Source: an uncultured Candidatus Saccharibacteria bacterium (GTDB lineage: Bacteria > Patescibacteriota > Minisyncoccia > Phycocordibacterales > UBA1006). Taken from it: a stretch of DNA of 57,434 nucleotides. The notes beneath the pieces were generated by a model. It was not told the origin of the DNA, made no database searches, and saw only the letters and a program-made list of their open reading frames with translations. Shown one piece after another: positions 18,300-26,504 of the stretch. Each line of letters begins with the position of its first letter. The first letter of the stretch is position 1. The stretch lies in assembly GCA_964620085.1 (NCBI GenBank), contig CAZUIQ010000003.1, positions 16,912 through 74,345 on the forward strand, given 5' to 3'. The position numbers and the translations under genes are program-made.

Positions 18300-18757
18300 T
18301 GTGGAATTTATTTTCTGCAGATGAGTTATCATCTTGAACTTTGACATGAACGAATAGACCAGCACCAAGCGATTTTTGGGTACGAAAGTATCAGGTAGTA
18401 ATACCTTTATCGGGGCATGTGGGGGTGATGATTATCACCTAAAGGATTTGTAATTCGCTCAATGAATACAATACCTAATCCGCATTGATATACAGTATTA
18501 ATTTATACTATCCCGGAGCACCAATCGATAGACATGTTAAAGTCATTAAAAAGTCGTTTGGTGCATCCGAGTATGTTTAAAAAGCGTATTAAGGAGATCA
18601 TTTCTCAACCTGAAAAGGTTCAGGCATGGTTGCATATTGTTTTTACAATTGCAAAGGTTGTTCATAAATTCTTTTAATTTATGAACTCTATTCATAATGT
18701 ATTATTGTTGCTCTTTGCCACGAAATTATTTTGGTTGCAAAGAATAACAATAAAAAC
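18300..18757 (+). ncRNA. candidate RT-associated structured non-coding leader RNA (unclassified)
   Basis: No ORF of 60 aa or more. Multiple hairpins include GGTAC-GAAA-GTATC, AGGTA-GTAA-TACCT, GGTGAT-gatt-ATCACC, CCTGAA-aagg-TTCAGG and GTTCATAAA-N9-TTTATGAAC. A 14-bp imperfect stem spans 18704..18749, and 18341..18350 pairs at long range with 18533..18542. Confidence 0.3.
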
Positions 18758-19696
18758 ATGTTCAAGTACAACACAGCCCCCGCGGTATTTACAGAGAAGA
18801 GTTTTCTTTTCTTAATCAGGACAAAGAAAAAAGAATTCCGAGAAATGTTGAAAAACAAAGGTAATTTTTATTCGAAAGAAAAAGTTTTTAAAAAGAACGG
18901 CATAGATTTTCGCGAGATTTACAGACCGAAAGCTGATTTGAAGTTGCTCTTGAAAAAAGTAAACAAAAAGTATCTTTCCGGATTTAATTTCCCATCGTTT
19001 GTGCACTGTGGACCTGCAAAAAAATCTATCGTGACGGCTGCAAAGGGCCATGAAAAGTTTAATCATCATATATCACTGGACATAATAGCGTTTTTTGATC
19101 GAGTCACCAAAGATACGGTTGAAAAGACGCTCCGCGAACGAGGTGTGAAAAAAAACGTCATAAAAACACTGACTGATTTAGTTGTGGAAGACAACCGGCT
19201 CCCGCAAGGATTTCCTACGAGTCCATTATTGTCTGCAATGGTTATCAGCTGTGCACTCAAAAGTTTTTGCAATATGTTTCCAAGGGAAAATATATTGTTA
19301 TCTGTGTACGCAGATGATTTGCTTTTATCTTCCGAAGATTTGAAGCTCCTAAAGAGTGCGGAGGAGTACATAAAAGAGAAATTATCTCTCCTAGGATTGG
19401 TGCTTAATGATAGTAAAAAGATTGCAGGGAAAAAAGGAAGTAGGTTTACATGGCTTGGTCTTCAGATACATCCCTGGATTAATCTACCGAGAAAAAATCT
19501 ACAAGATTTGCAGAAGAAGGCTCACTTATATCGTACGAAGAAGATTATCCCAAACGATTTCAAACGTGATAAAAACAAGAAAACAAAAACAAAGACTCAG
19601 TGGAAGGAATCAATGAGAGGTAAAATTACTTTCGCAAGATACATAAATGGAAACAATAAGTTGATCAAAAAAACGGAGCGCTTATTAGGAAATTAA
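18758..19696 (+). CDS. compact stand-alone reverse transcriptase, retron-like (about 312 aa)
   Basis: RT motifs HISLDIIAFFDRV (A), RLPQGFPTSPLLSAMV (B'), VYADDLLLS (C), LGLVLNDSKK (D) and FTWLGLQI (E). A retron-like SIVTAAKGH element precedes motif A. The track start is a TTG at 18731 and the first ATG is at 18758. Confidence 0.85.
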   Translation: MFKYNTAPAVFTEKSFLFLIRTKKKEFREMLKNKGNFYSKEKVFKKNGIDFREIYRPKADLKLLLKKVNKKYLSGFNFPSFVHCGPAKKSIVTAAKGHEKFNHHISLDIIAFFDRVTKDTVEKTLRERGVKKNVIKTLTDLVVEDNRLPQGFPTSPLLSAMVISCALKSFCNMFPRENILLSVYADDLLLSSEDLKLLKSAEEYIKEKLSLLGLVLNDSKKIAGKKGSRFTWLGLQIHPWINLPRKNLQDLQKKAHLYRTKKIIPNDFKRDKNKKTKTKTQWKESMRGKITFARYINGNNKLIKKTERLLGN

Positions 19697-19757
19697 TCAT
19701 TCGGCGGGTTTTATACTCTTCTTTACCTTAACATCATATAATTATACATAGCTGCCT

Positions 19758-20507
19758 TTATTTCTGAAACACAAACAAATGTTCGTGCATTATTAACAAA
19801 AAGTTCGCTTCTTTTGATTTATTTACCCAAAACCCAGTCGCCTTGCAATTAAACTGTCGTTTAATAATATCTTCTTTTAATTGAAACCCTGCATCAAGAA
19901 ATTTTTGCATAACTTTATATGCAAGAGGTTGATACATTTTATTTCTTCGAGTATCACCAATCAAAACTGCACAGAATTTTCCAGGTTTTAAAACTCGATA
20001 CAGTTCCCCTGCAACCTTCCCCATTTCGTCTGCAAATTTATCAATATTATGAATCCCTGAAATATCCTCAGGGATTTTTCCGTCACTGTATTTAATAATA
20101 TCTGCGTACGGTGGATGAGTAAGAATGAAATCAATACTGTCAGGTTCGGCTTTTTTCAAGTCTCGAGCATCTCGTTTTAAAACTTTCTGCCATGACGTAT
20201 TATCAACTTTAAATTTCAAGGACTCTTTCGTTCGTTCAAGAGCTATGTCGTTTACATCAGAACAGATAATGTTTCTATTTAAAATCTTTGCTTCAATGGC
20301 AGTTGTCCCTCCGCCAATCATTGGATCAAGTAAAATATCACCTTCTTTTGAATATCTCAAAATCAAGTTACGAACAACTTCTGGTGCCCAATTCCCTCGC
20401 CAGTCAGATTTATGGGTCGCCCAATTCCCCCTACGAGGAAAAGCCCAGACAGTGGTGCACTCTAGGTCGAATTCTTCGGGATGAAGTTTTAGTTCGTTTT
20501 TACTCAT
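19758..20507 (-). CDS. DNA methyltransferase (N4/N6 family), last gene of the RM operon
   Basis: AdoMet motif LLDPMIGGGTTAIEA lies upstream of catalytic motif ILTHPPYADII. An N-terminal TVWAFPRRGNWATH segment is typical of the N4/N6 MTase domain. Confidence 0.85.
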   Translation of the reverse strand: MSKNELKLHPEEFDLECTTVWAFPRRGNWATHKSDWRGNWAPEVVRNLILRYSKEGDILLDPMIGGGTTAIEAKILNRNIICSDVNDIALERTKESLKFKVDNTSWQKVLKRDARDLKKAEPDSIDFILTHPPYADIIKYSDGKIPEDISGIHNIDKFADEMGKVAGELYRVLKPGKFCAVLIGDTRRNKMYQPLAYKVMQKFLDAGFQLKEDIIKRQFNCKATGFWVNKSKEANFLLIMHEHLFVFQK

Positions 20508-20514
20508 TTTTAAA

Positions 20515-21372
20515 TTACCAAGTTAAAGTATCTAGTACATTATTTTCAAGCATGGATAGATTGAAAACGTAGTCATTATGGTTGTATGTTTCCTCGAGTG
20601 GTCTTTTTGTTGTATGCCAACCTAATCCATCGGTTACCCAAATAAAATCAATATTTTGTTCTTTTAGTTCATTATGTAAACTTCGAAACTCCCCGCAGAC
20701 AGCTTTTAGTTTTGAACCTCCTCCATTATAAAAGTTTGCTTCAAATAATTTAATCCTGTTGCTTTTGGGGTTGTATACAGCAAAATCAAAACTGCGACTA
20801 GATTTATCCACGCGAATATTTATACCCCAACGGTCATGAATTTTCTTTGCATTGGCCTGGGATAAATATTCTAAGCCGTGTTTGTTTGAAAAATCTGATA
20901 TGAAAACCTCTGTTATTTTCTCCATTAATTTACCTCCGCGATTCTTCCTTCCATTACTGTCGAGCCCTACTTCTACTCCAATGACATAGTCTACAAGGTT
21001 TTTAATTCCATCCTCTTTGAACAATTTAATTAACCCAGACTTTTCAATAAATTCGAACCATGCTTCTGGCGATTTTTCATTTGCGGTGAAATTATAAAAT
21101 TCTGATTCTTTGGTTTCTATATCAAAAACCTCGAGATTATTTTCTCGTATTGCAAGTAGTACAGGCAATGCTTTGATAATATCAGAATTAGTTGAATAGA
21201 GTCTTTTAAACTCATCCTTTAGGTTTTGTTTACCTAATAAGAAGTTAAGCTTGTTTAGTGTAATTTCTAATTCTGAACTATTAGAGAAAACTTTTTTCCA
21301 GTTCACAAAATAGTCCCAGGTCTTGATGGAGTTTTTTAGGGTCGATATTAAGTTATTAAAATCTTTTGTCAT
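20515..21372 (-). CDS. dpnB: type II restriction endonuclease, DpnII/MboI family (GATC)
   Basis: From memory, it resembles R.DpnII along its whole length: LVDYVIGVEVGLDSNGRKNRGG, FEANFYNGGGSKLKA and WVTDGLGW. Confidence 0.9.
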   Translation of the reverse strand: MTKDFNNLISTLKNSIKTWDYFVNWKKVFSNSSELEITLNKLNFLLGKQNLKDEFKRLYSTNSDIIKALPVLLAIRENNLEVFDIETKESEFYNFTANEKSPEAWFEFIEKSGLIKLFKEDGIKNLVDYVIGVEVGLDSNGRKNRGGKLMEKITEVFISDFSNKHGLEYLSQANAKKIHDRWGINIRVDKSSRSFDFAVYNPKSNRIKLFEANFYNGGGSKLKAVCGEFRSLHNELKEQNIDFIWVTDGLGWHTTKRPLEETYNHNDYVFNLSMLENNVLDTLTW

Positions 21373-22979
21373 AATTTTTTCTTAACATTCTGCCAGGTTT
21401 GATTAGTTTTGGTAAATACCTTGTTTTCGTTTAGGTCAGGATTTGCTAAAATCTGCTTCTTATAATAATCATTAAATAGTGCGTAGGTTCTGTTGAATTC
21501 GGTAGTATTTTTTGAATCTAAATGAAATAGTGCCGCTATTAAATGTAGATCCATATGTCTTAATTTAGATTTTTTGCTTTTTGATTTCTCTTTTTTAATT
21601 GCACCCTCTACAAATAGTCCAATACTGCAAAGCTTCCAAATATCTCCCAGTCTTGATCTAATCTTGTTTTCTATTAACACAAATTTGCCTTTCGGACTCG
21701 TCATATCAAATAGAAACTGCCTGTCGTTTTTAGCCGAAGAAGGTTCTTCAAGAAATGCTGCGTACACCCATTGAAATAGCCTGGTTGATGTTATTGTATC
21801 CTTACCATCGCTATGACCTTTCTTTCTTTTATATTTTATTTGCCCTTTACTTATTTTGTTAATATAGTTTTCTAAGAAAATATTGATTTCCTCATTTGAT
21901 ACCAAGTCTTCCGAACTGACTGCGTTTTGAGTGTTTGAGGTCTCACAAATTTTTTTGGAAAGTTTTGTATCTGCCTCAATTATTTTACAAATTATTGAAC
22001 CCTTTTTAATTTGTGACTTTGTTACAATTCCTTTATTGTAAGCCTCAAAGAGTCCAAATAAGGTTTGTGCCCCGTTAACAATTTGTGGATTTGTTATAGT
22101 AACCATTGTTGCATTTGGGGTCAGCGGACTTATCTTGGTACATGTTATGGTTATGCCGTTATGAAATATCCAAAAGTTATTTGGATTATGACGCAAAGTT
22201 GCTACTATTTTTTCAGAGAAAGCCTTCTTATTTAAATGACCTCGTATGTTTGAACTTATAATTTTTGTGCCATATTTCTGAATGAACTGCTTGAAAAGAG
22301 TCTCTATTGATATTTTTGCAATAATCTCTTTAGATCCAGACTGGTTTTTTGCAAGTAGATCAGATTCGATTGCAAGGGTAATATTACCAGTCACTGTTTC
22401 TTGATTAAATTTTTCAAGGAATAGTGTGTTTATGTCTTTAAAAATCACCTCTATCCCCATTTCTTCTTCTATGCTCCTAATTAATTTTTTTATCTTGGCA
22501 TTTCCATGACTATCATTCATCAATTCGATTTTTGTGAACGGGTGTTTTTTTCTTACAATAAAAAGTCGAACCTTGCGACGTGTCTGTTTTTTTAGCTTTT
22601 TTATATTTTTTTTAATAGCTTCGTCTCCTATAAAATCAGTGTTGCCTCGTTTTAAATATTTTTCTAAAGAATTTTTTATTTTATCGATATCTTTGTCTGA
22701 AATTCCGCCGGTGCCAAATTTAAATTCAAAAATATCAACTGACGTTTTATTTCCAAAGTAAAAGGCATCAATGCCCCCGTCGCACGCAGAGTCGGTGATT
22801 ATATTTGATAACTCTGTTAAGGAGAAATTTTTATTATAAAACAGTATTAAAAAGGTAATAATAAATTGATATGACTCTAAACTAGAACCTGGTCCATATG
22901 TATCTAAAGATTTTTTAAAAAGTATACTGGGTAAACTCCCCAATTCATTTTTATGTAATTCAAAGAGGTCTGTGTACAT
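21369..22979 (-). CDS. AIPR-family abortive-infection protein (536 aa)
   Basis: N-terminal ACDGGIDAFYF and central IVNGAQTL motifs are typical of AIPR. Its stop overlaps the endonuclease start by 4 nt (ATGA). Confidence 0.65.
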   Translation of the reverse strand: MYTDLFELHKNELGSLPSILFKKSLDTYGPGSSLESYQFIITFLILFYNKNFSLTELSNIITDSACDGGIDAFYFGNKTSVDIFEFKFGTGGISDKDIDKIKNSLEKYLKRGNTDFIGDEAIKKNIKKLKKQTRRKVRLFIVRKKHPFTKIELMNDSHGNAKIKKLIRSIEEEMGIEVIFKDINTLFLEKFNQETVTGNITLAIESDLLAKNQSGSKEIIAKISIETLFKQFIQKYGTKIISSNIRGHLNKKAFSEKIVATLRHNPNNFWIFHNGITITCTKISPLTPNATMVTITNPQIVNGAQTLFGLFEAYNKGIVTKSQIKKGSIICKIIEADTKLSKKICETSNTQNAVSSEDLVSNEEINIFLENYINKISKGQIKYKRKKGHSDGKDTITSTRLFQWVYAAFLEEPSSAKNDRQFLFDMTSPKGKFVLIENKIRSRLGDIWKLCSIGLFVEGAIKKEKSKSKKSKLRHMDLHLIAALFHLDSKNTTEFNRTYALFNDYYKKQILANPDLNENKVFTKTNQTWQNVKKKL

Positions 22980-22985
22980 AATTCT

Positions 22986-23957
22986 CTAGTAGTTGGTTAC
23001 CACAACTTCCAGCACCTTCCCTCGACCACTTCCCTTCGAATTAATCGCCCTCCCCGCCTCAACTTTATGAATCTGAATTTTCTTATCTTTAATCTCAGAA
23101 TAAATCTTGTTAATAAATGGCGCATCAGAGTTTGAAAGCATCACAAGGCAACCTCGTTTATGAAGCTCTACAAAAATATCTCGTAATTCAATTTGCTCCT
23201 TGTCCAAGAATGCGTCCTTGGTATATGAAGTAAATGAAGCGGTTTTACTCATTGGGTAATAAGGAGGATCAAAATAAATAAAATCTCCTTTCTTAGCTTT
23301 TTTCAAAACTTCTTTATAGTCCTGATGTTTTATCGTTACATTTTTTAACACCTTAGAAACTCGTTCTAAATTAACCTCATCACAAATAAGAGGGTTTTTA
23401 TTTTGTCCAAAAGGAACATTAAAACCACCAGACTTGTTTACTCGATACAAACCATTAAAACAAGTTCTATTAAGATAAATAAATCGTGATGCTATTTCTA
23501 CATCAGAAAGTTTTGAGATATCTTTTGACCGGATTTTTAGGAAATACTCTTTGTTTACTTTGTGTTTCTTAAGAGATTTAATAAGTGATTCAACATCATT
23601 TTTAATAACATTATATGTTGTCACTAATTCATTGTTCATATCAGACAAAACCGCATGTTTAGGCATGAGATCAAAGAAAACAGCACCGCCACCTACGAAT
23701 GGTTCAAAATAGGTATTCTTTGTAGGATCAAAAAGTTCTGGTGGAAACAAGTTTCTTAATCGAAACTGTGTCAAAAGCTGACGTTTACCCCCAACCCATT
23801 TTACAAAAGGTTTCGGTTTCTCGGAGATAATTTTTTCAGCGTCTTTAAACCAATTATTCTTACTCAAAACACGAGAAATAACCATTTGCGCATAAATGTT
23901 ATTTATGGCAAATTTCTGCTCAATTTCATGAACTTTAGAAATGTCTTGCTTATTCAT
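22986..23957 (-). CDS. dpnM: Dam-type N6-adenine DNA methyltransferase, DpnM-like (GATC)
   Basis: FVKWVGGKRQLL, FEPFVGGGAVFFDL, FIYFDPPYYP and the C-terminal SGRGKVLEVVVTNY. The N-terminus extends about 35 aa beyond DpnM, so an internal start is possible. Confidence 0.9.
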   Translation of the reverse strand: MNKQDISKVHEIEQKFAINNIYAQMVISRVLSKNNWFKDAEKIISEKPKPFVKWVGGKRQLLTQFRLRNLFPPELFDPTKNTYFEPFVGGGAVFFDLMPKHAVLSDMNNELVTTYNVIKNDVESLIKSLKKHKVNKEYFLKIRSKDISKLSDVEIASRFIYLNRTCFNGLYRVNKSGGFNVPFGQNKNPLICDEVNLERVSKVLKNVTIKHQDYKEVLKKAKKGDFIYFDPPYYPMSKTASFTSYTKDAFLDKEQIELRDIFVELHKRGCLVMLSNSDAPFINKIYSEIKDKKIQIHKVEAGRAINSKGSGRGKVLEVVVTNY

Positions 23958-24066
23958 ATCTCTATTTTCTCACAATACAAACCTGATAGCAACTTGACGC
24001 AAGTGGAACTTTATCAAAACTTTATTATCACAAAAACCCTCGAAAATCGAGAGTTCCATTAATCCC

Positions 24067-24561
24067 CTATCTCAACTCCGCCTTCACAAAAGGCACACTA
24101 AACGCCTTGCACCAGACCCAAACCTCACCATATTTATTCGGATCAAAGTCCGCTGGTAGTTCATAGTTCTGGGCACCGTTGGTACCTTTGAGTTTCGCAA
24201 TCTCGCTCCCCTTGGCATATATGCCGTCATTCCCAAATCCTACATACAAATCAGGACCATTGGTAACGGTAAAATCTGATTCGAATCGGATGAAATAGGT
24301 GCCGTCTATTTGGATCAGAGACGCTGTACCTGATCCGTTATGTAATCGATCAAATCCCGTAAAGGTTCCCGTTTTAACGGTGGTAAGGGTTGGTGGTGTG
24401 ACAGGACTTGCGGTTGTGGTGTCAGTGACAGATTCCGGAGTCGTTGCAACTGGCAAGGCTTCGTTAACATAGACCTTGCGCCACAAGGGCGACACGAACC
24501 AATACGCAATGGCAAGAATTGCAATGGTGATGATGGCAATGATGAGGTGTTTGAGTTTCAT
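24067..24561 (-). CDS. DM13 domain protein, membrane-anchored
   Basis: Likely start MKLKHLIIAIITIAILA at 24561. TGTFTGFDRLHNGSGTASLIQIDGTYFIRFESDFTVTNGPDLYVGF. Confidence 0.8.
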   Translation of the reverse strand: MKLKHLIIAIITIAILAIAYWFVSPLWRKVYVNEALPVATTPESVTDTTTASPVTPPTLTTVKTGTFTGFDRLHNGSGTASLIQIDGTYFIRFESDFTVTNGPDLYVGFGNDGIYAKGSEIAKLKGTNGAQNYELPADFDPNKYGEVWVWCKAFSVPFVKAELR

Positions 24562-24565
24562 AAAA

Positions 24566-25000
24566 TTAGTGTACGTTATGATTCTTATAAAAGGTGCGCA
24601 CAAGATCAAATGTTTTCTGATTGTTGAGGTTTGCAGGAAGTGATTCAATTGGACACCAAGCCCATTCTGAAAATTTTTCTGGTTCCATGAGAACAGGTTC
24701 TTGATCAGTGATTCCTAAATAAACATATACCTGGTCGCCTGGATATGCACCGTCAACACTACCTAAAAAATGAGTGATCGTAATATCATGAATTCCAACT
24801 TCTTCGGCAATTTCTCGACGAAGCGCTTCTTCAATGGATTCACCTGCATCACACCTTCCTCCAGGAGAAGTCCACACTGAAGTCACCTCACCAGAATCTT
24901 TTTTATAATTACGTAATCCTATCATAATACTGTCATTACGAATAAACATAATAACAGGACACGTAGTAGGAGTTCCTAGTTGATTGAGATGTTCTAACAT
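24566..25000 (-). CDS. NUDIX hydrolase
   Basis: Nudix box GGRCDAGESIEEALRREIAEEVGI. Confidence 0.85.
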   Translation of the reverse strand: MLEHLNQLGTPTTCPVIMFIRNDSIMIGLRNYKKDSGEVTSVWTSPGGRCDAGESIEEALRREIAEEVGIHDITITHFLGSVDGAYPGDQVYVYLGITDQEPVLMEPEKFSEWAWCPIESLPANLNNQKTFDLVRTFYKNHNVH

Positions 25001-25120
25001 AAGTTTATAGTTGAAAGTCTAGTATAATTATAAAGTATATTGGCAATAGTAAATTCACGTTTTAAGTCAATATATCGTGAAAAAGACCTTCTAAACTTGT
25101 ATAATTCACGATTATCAAGT

Positions 25121-25164
25121 AAAAAACCGTAAATTTGACCCTTTTGGAGGTATAATTTACGGTT
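25121..25164 (-). terminator. hairpin terminator (bidirectional architecture)
   Basis: AACCGTAAATT-N18-AATTTACGGTT is flanked by an A-run and a T-run. Confidence 0.55.
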
Positions 25165-25175
25165 TTTACTCCTTA

Positions 25176-25397
25176 TTACTCATGTGAATGCTCTGTATGC
25201 TCATGTCCTTTAACTGCTTTCGGCACAATAAACAGCGCAATTACATACGCCAATATCCCAGGAACAAGTCCTGTAATGAGGATAAGGAATACAAAAGCTA
25301 ATCGAAGGACCACAGGATCAATATCCCAGTATTCTCCTAATCCGCCGAGGATGCCTGCAGCGACTTTGTTTGTAGATGATCGGTAGAGTTTTTTCAT
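25176..25397 (-). CDS. PspC domain-containing membrane protein
   Basis: KLYRSSTNKVAAGILGGLGEYWDIDPVVLRLAFVFLILITG. Confidence 0.8.
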   Translation of the reverse strand: MKKLYRSSTNKVAAGILGGLGEYWDIDPVVLRLAFVFLILITGLVPGILAYVIALFIVPKAVKGHEHTEHSHE

Positions 25398-25410
25398 AGA
25401 ATTTATTTTT

Positions 25411-26220
25411 TTAATCTTTTAATTTCGATCGTTTATTAGTAGTACCCTTAATTCGTTTCTTTGACTCCTTTACATGTTCAACATTGGGCAATTTTTCTGG
25501 CATGGTTCCCCCAAGTTCTGCAATGGTCGCACGTACCTTTTTACCAACCTCGAGGTGTGCAGTGCTCGCTGCTTGTTGCCCATGGATACCCTCACGTTTC
25601 AGTTTCGCCTCGGCTTGGGTGGCACGGAACAGGTTGGCTGCAAGCTCTTCACTTCCCATATGATCAAGGATACTTGCCTTGTCTGGTAGGTGTTTTCGAT
25701 CCTTGATATCCTTTTGGCGTAATCCGCCATAAAGTCCTATATATCCAGCATCCTGAAATCCTGCATAGTTGGTTACTCCGGCACTTTTTGCAGCACTAGC
25801 AAGGTTTTTATTATGTTCCTTCATTTCTTCACGGAGGAAGACTCGTTTGGTATCCTCGACGAGTTGGTCGCTAGTCTCTTGACGGCGTGTTTGGATGGCG
25901 AAATAGGTTTTTGCCTTACCTACGATTACTTTGCCAGAATCTGCGCTCTGTAGGGTCAGATAACAGGCGTAACGAGACATATTTACATCCTCAACTTCAC
26001 GCTCAGCACCAGATCCAATGATGACCATATCGTGCACATCCTCGAAATGGTCATCTGATGAAAAGTCACTGTTTTCACAGGCTCGTTTAGCTTTTTCAAT
26101 AACAGGAACGAAAAAACGGTATTCGGAATATCCCAATATTTTCCCTAGTTCTCGAGCACTCCAGTATTCTTGCCCGTACTCGTTCAGTTTCTTGATTTGT
26201 TCAAAAATATTCTCTGGCAT
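25411..26220 (-). CDS. dinD: DNA damage-inducible protein D
   Basis: From memory, it resembles E. coli DinD closely: QEYWSARELGKILGYSEYRFFVPVIEKAKRACENS, YFAIQTRRQE, ILDHMGSEELAANLFRATQAE and IAELGGTMPE. Confidence 0.9.
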   Translation of the reverse strand: MPENIFEQIKKLNEYGQEYWSARELGKILGYSEYRFFVPVIEKAKRACENSDFSSDDHFEDVHDMVIIGSGAEREVEDVNMSRYACYLTLQSADSGKVIVGKAKTYFAIQTRRQETSDQLVEDTKRVFLREEMKEHNKNLASAAKSAGVTNYAGFQDAGYIGLYGGLRQKDIKDRKHLPDKASILDHMGSEELAANLFRATQAEAKLKREGIHGQQAASTAHLEVGKKVRATIAELGGTMPEKLPNVEHVKESKKRIKGTTNKRSKLKD

Positions 26221-26291
26221 AACTAGTTTTTGTTATACCATATTCATAATAAAACTACACGCCCATTTTTTTTAGTCAGTTTATCAAAAAT

Positions 26292-26495
26292 TTATTCCAC
26301 CGGACACGTATTCTTCCCCATCAATTGATAGAGTACACACCAGCTTGTAATGGCTTGGTAGAAAGAAAAGAGTGCAAGGATAATGAGGACGATTTTGAGC
26401 CATAGTGCATTTACTACCACCAGTGCAACAGCTAGTAAAATAATTCCTAGTCCAAGGCGTATAATGCGATCAAAGGTTCCGATGTTTTTTTTCAT
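26292..26495 (-). CDS. DUF2892 (YgaP-like) small membrane protein
   Basis: GTFDRIIRLGLGIILLAV followed by a second TM helix. It lies next to a rhodanese gene, as is typical for this family. Confidence 0.75.
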   Translation of the reverse strand: MKKNIGTFDRIIRLGLGIILLAVALVVVNALWLKIVLIILALFSFYQAITSWCVLYQLMGKNTCPVE

Positions 26496-26504
26496 ATAAA
26501 ATAA

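Noticed and set aside
18731-19696. Diversity-generating retroelement RT.
   Set aside because: Motif B' is LPQGFPTSP rather than the DGR-type (I/L)GxxxSQ. I saw no template/variable repeat pair of 100 nt or more near the locus.
18296-19757. Group II intron interpretation of the RT locus. GTGTG lies near 18299, GNRA-capped hairpins lie upstream, and the RT could sit in domain IV.
   Set aside because: Only 61 nt follow the RT stop before the next gene, and they contain no domain V/VI-like structure. The RT lacks a maturase/X domain, and a promoter sits immediately before the GTGTG.
26221-26291. Expected SOS box upstream of dinD.
   Set aside because: No GAAC-N4-GTTC or similar palindrome is present in the 70 nt upstream of the dinD start, so LexA control of this gene cannot be claimed from the sequence.
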